Assembly (NCBI GenBank): GCA_937949615.1
Contig: CALEDQ010000008.1
Span: forward strand, 243,586 to 307,585
Length of the DNA stretch: 64,000 nucleotides
Direction: 5' to 3'
DNA from: an uncultured bacterium
GTDB taxonomy: Bacteria; Muiribacteriota; Ozemobacteria; Ozemobacterales; Ozemobacteraceae
The translations under genes and the position numbers were made by a program. Shown here one piece after another: positions 62,376-64,000 of the stretch. Position 1 is the first letter of the stretch. The number at the start of each line of letters is the position of its first letter. The notes beneath the pieces are model-generated. The model had not been told where the DNA came from, made no database searches, and saw only the letters and a program-made list of their open reading frames with translations.

Positions 62376-64000
62376 TTACTTCTTGGTGCGGAGAGAATCG
62401 TATTCCTTTTTGGCTGCGTTCATCGCTTCGGCAACCTTGAGAGCGTCATCCTGGCGACCCTGGCGCAGCATTTCGTTATAGAGTTTGTAAAGTTCCTGAT
62501 ACTTGCTGTAGGCAAGCGCAACTTCTGATTCATAATCACCAACGACTTCGCCACTGATGGTAACAGTATCGTTCTGGCTGGCAGTCGGGGCGGGAGTAGA
62601 TTCGTCGCCACCGATGGTAATCACACCACCGCCAACCGGTACGCCAGCGCCGGTGGGCATTGCGATTTCGGGCATATTGGCCGGGCCATCTTTGCGGAAC
62701 ATACCGGCGATTTTCTGAGCGGCCCAGTTACCGAGGTAACCACCGACCATACCACCGACAATTGTGCCCACGGGGCCGAGGAACGAACCAAGAGCGGCAC
62801 CGGCGGTAGAACCAATAGCCTGACCGGTTACGCCAACCCAGTCAATTCTCTTGAAAGCTTCGCGGATCGAGAATTTGCCATTCTTCAGGTCGCCGGCGAC
62901 ATAAGCACCGACTGAAGAACCGACGATTGAACCGAACGAAGGAGCAAGGGCGCTGAGAACACCACCGACAACCGGTACTGCGCTCAGGAACGGAACAAAG
63001 AATGAACCTGCAGCTGCACCGAGAACGGCACCACCGACGCCACCGGCGAATTCGGCGCTGCATACGGTCTTGAGAGCTTTCTTCATGCTGGGCTTTTCAC
63101 CGCGCATGATCTGGGTAGCCAGGTCAACACCAACGGTGATACCAGCGGTGATAAGAATGTTCTTGGCACTGAAGCCTGACTTGAGGCTGTCTTTAACATT
63201 CTGAATACCCTGGTTGGTCATACCCTTACCGGTTTCGTAACCGGCTCTGAATTTGTCACCGACAGTCGCCTTGTTGCCAGAAGCCTGAGCGGCGTCATCA
63301 GCAACCGAACCGGCACCGGCAGCACCGGCCTGAGCAACGTCATCAGCTGTTGAACCAGCGGCAGCCACATCGTCAGCGGTTGAGCCGGCGGCGGCAACAT
63401 CGTCAGCGGTAGAACCGGCAGCTGCAACGTCGTCAGCAGTTGAACCGGCGGCCTGAGAACTCTGTGAGCTCTGAGAAGAAGAACCTGACTGAGCAACGTC
63501 ATCAGCAACTGAACCACCGGCGGGCGGGTCCATCAGACCGCGCTTGATAGCTTCTTCGTGTGAAATGAAGCGGCCGGTCTGCGGATCTCTGGGGTGTCTT
63601 GCGGCATCCCAGGTTGTTTTGGTGGTTGAAGTTTCAGAAGTGGTGGTAGTGGTAGTCTTGCTGGTTGAAACATTTGAAGACTGACCGGCGGCGGCCACGT
63701 CATCAGCAACGGTGCCGGCACTTACGGCATTACCCTGTGAAGACGAAACCGGAGCATTCGTATTGCCGCTGGTAGAAGTAGAACCAGCCTGAGCAACGTC
63801 ATCTGCTACCGAACCGGCTGATACGTTTGAACTGCTCTGAGAGTTAGAAACGGTTGAACCTGAGCTCTGAGTCGAGCCGGCAGCCACGTCGTCCGCCAAA
63901 GAACCGGCGGCAGCAACGTCATCTGCAGTTGAGCCGGCAGCCGCATTGGTGCTGCTCTGAGAATTTGAACTGGTTGAGCCTGAGCTCTGATTTGAACTGC
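62376..64000 (-). CDS. Large repetitive Ala/Asp/Val/Ser-rich protein with tandem 'AAGSTADDVA' repeats and a Gly-rich hydrophobic (glycine-zipper-like) C-terminal region; N-terminus beyond the window end
   Basis: The track 'M' at 63899 is a TTG (Leu) inside an open frame that continues to 64000 with more 'ADDVA' units. C-terminal 'GGVGGAVLGAAAGSFFVPFLSAVPVVGGVLSALAPSFGSIVGSSVGAYVAG...GTIVGGMVGGYLGN' and a coiled-coil-like end. Confidence 0.55.
   Translation of the reverse strand, partial: SSNQSSGSTSSNSQSSTNAAAGSTADDVAAAGSLADDVAAGSTQSSGSTVSNSQSSSNVSAGSVADDVAQAGSTSTSGNTNAPVSSSQGNAVSAGTVADDVAAAGQSSNVSTSKTTTTTTSETSTTKTTWDAARHPRDPQTGRFISHEEAIKRGLMDPPAGGSVADDVAQSGSSSQSSQSSQAAGSTADDVAAAGSTADDVAAAGSTADDVAAAGSTADDVAQAGAAGAGSVADDAAQASGNKATVGDKFRAGYETGKGMTNQGIQNVKDSLKSGFSAKNILITAGITVGVDLATQIMRGEKPSMKKALKTVCSAEFAGGVGGAVLGAAAGSFFVPFLSAVPVVGGVLSALAPSFGSIVGSSVGAYVAGDLKNGKFSIREAFKRIDWVGVTGQAIGSTAGAALGSFLGPVGTIVGGMVGGYLGNWAAQKIAGMFRKDGPANMPEIAMPTGAGVPVGGGVITIGGDESTPAPTASQNDTVTISGEVVGDYESEVALAYSKYQELYKLYNEMLRQGRQDDALKVAEAMNAAKKEYDSLRTKK
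63290..63950 (-). repeat. In-frame tandem and dispersed approximately 30-nt repeats encoding 'A(A/Q)AGS(T/V)ADDVA'
   Basis: Four perfect-phase 30-nt units at about 63335-63454 ('gcaacgtcatcagctgttgaaccagcggca', 'gccacatcgtcagcggttgagccggcggcg', 'gcaacatcgtcagcggtagaaccggcagct', 'gcaacgtcgtcagcagttgaaccggcggcc'). At least six degenerate copies lie between 63290 and 63950, and the pattern continues past 64000. Confidence 0.8.

Noticed and set aside
1-64000. Scan for tRNA, rRNA, CRISPR arrays, transposases, integrases and phage genes
   Set aside because: None found. The non-coding gaps (45317..45924, 48264..48657, 62115..62375, 28371..28600) have no cloverleaf-like or rRNA-like sequence. The only direct-repeat structure is the in-frame coding repeat at 63290..63950.

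Overview
This is a 64-kb window of bacterial chromosome at roughly 55% GC. It is densely coding, with no rRNA, tRNA, CRISPR array, transposase or integrase recognisable from the sequence. Gene content points to an anaerobe: an asrABC anaerobic sulfite reductase operon with an FNT (formate/nitrite transporter family) channel and a rubrerythrin-like gene, and three cobalamin (B12)-binding radical SAM enzymes. From 1 to about 45 kb almost every gene is on the minus strand; after that most are on plus. The window is unusually rich in signal transduction, with three hybrid histidine kinases (one of 1760 aa), a receiver/HD-GYP phosphodiesterase, a HAMP-GAF-GGDEF cyclase and two tandem HAMP-PP2C phosphatases. 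The strongest candidate for an undescribed system is a tightly packed minus-strand operon at 6157..16468. Its start and stop codons overlap or abut, and it encodes an MBL-fold (metallo-beta-lactamase) hydrolase, a DHQS/Fe-ADH-superfamily enzyme (dehydroquinate synthase / iron-containing alcohol dehydrogenase), a B12-binding radical SAM, a radical SAM/SPASM enzyme, a Cache-HAMP sensor with no output domain, an MFS-HEAT fusion protein and an MMPL/RND (lipid-exporter-type) exporter. A third B12-binding radical SAM gene sits about 1.3 kb downstream of this operon. The enzyme set resembles a small-molecule pathway (cyclitol/sugar-like or membrane-lipid-modifying) plus a dedicated exporter, not a known RiPP (ribosomally synthesised peptide) or hopanoid cluster. 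Other notable items are a GGDEF-TAXI-ankyrin-membrane operon, a TetR-controlled TolC-MFP-RND efflux operon whose RND permease carries a single in-frame TAA, an arginine-deiminase-like gene followed by two paralogous membrane PP2C phosphatases, a bacterial RRM protein with an RGG tail behind a 600-bp leader, and a large repetitive protein with tandem 'AAGSTADDVA' units running off the window end. The supplied ORF track evidently counts GTG and TTG as starts. Where I re-derived starts from the text, coordinates may be off by 1 nt.
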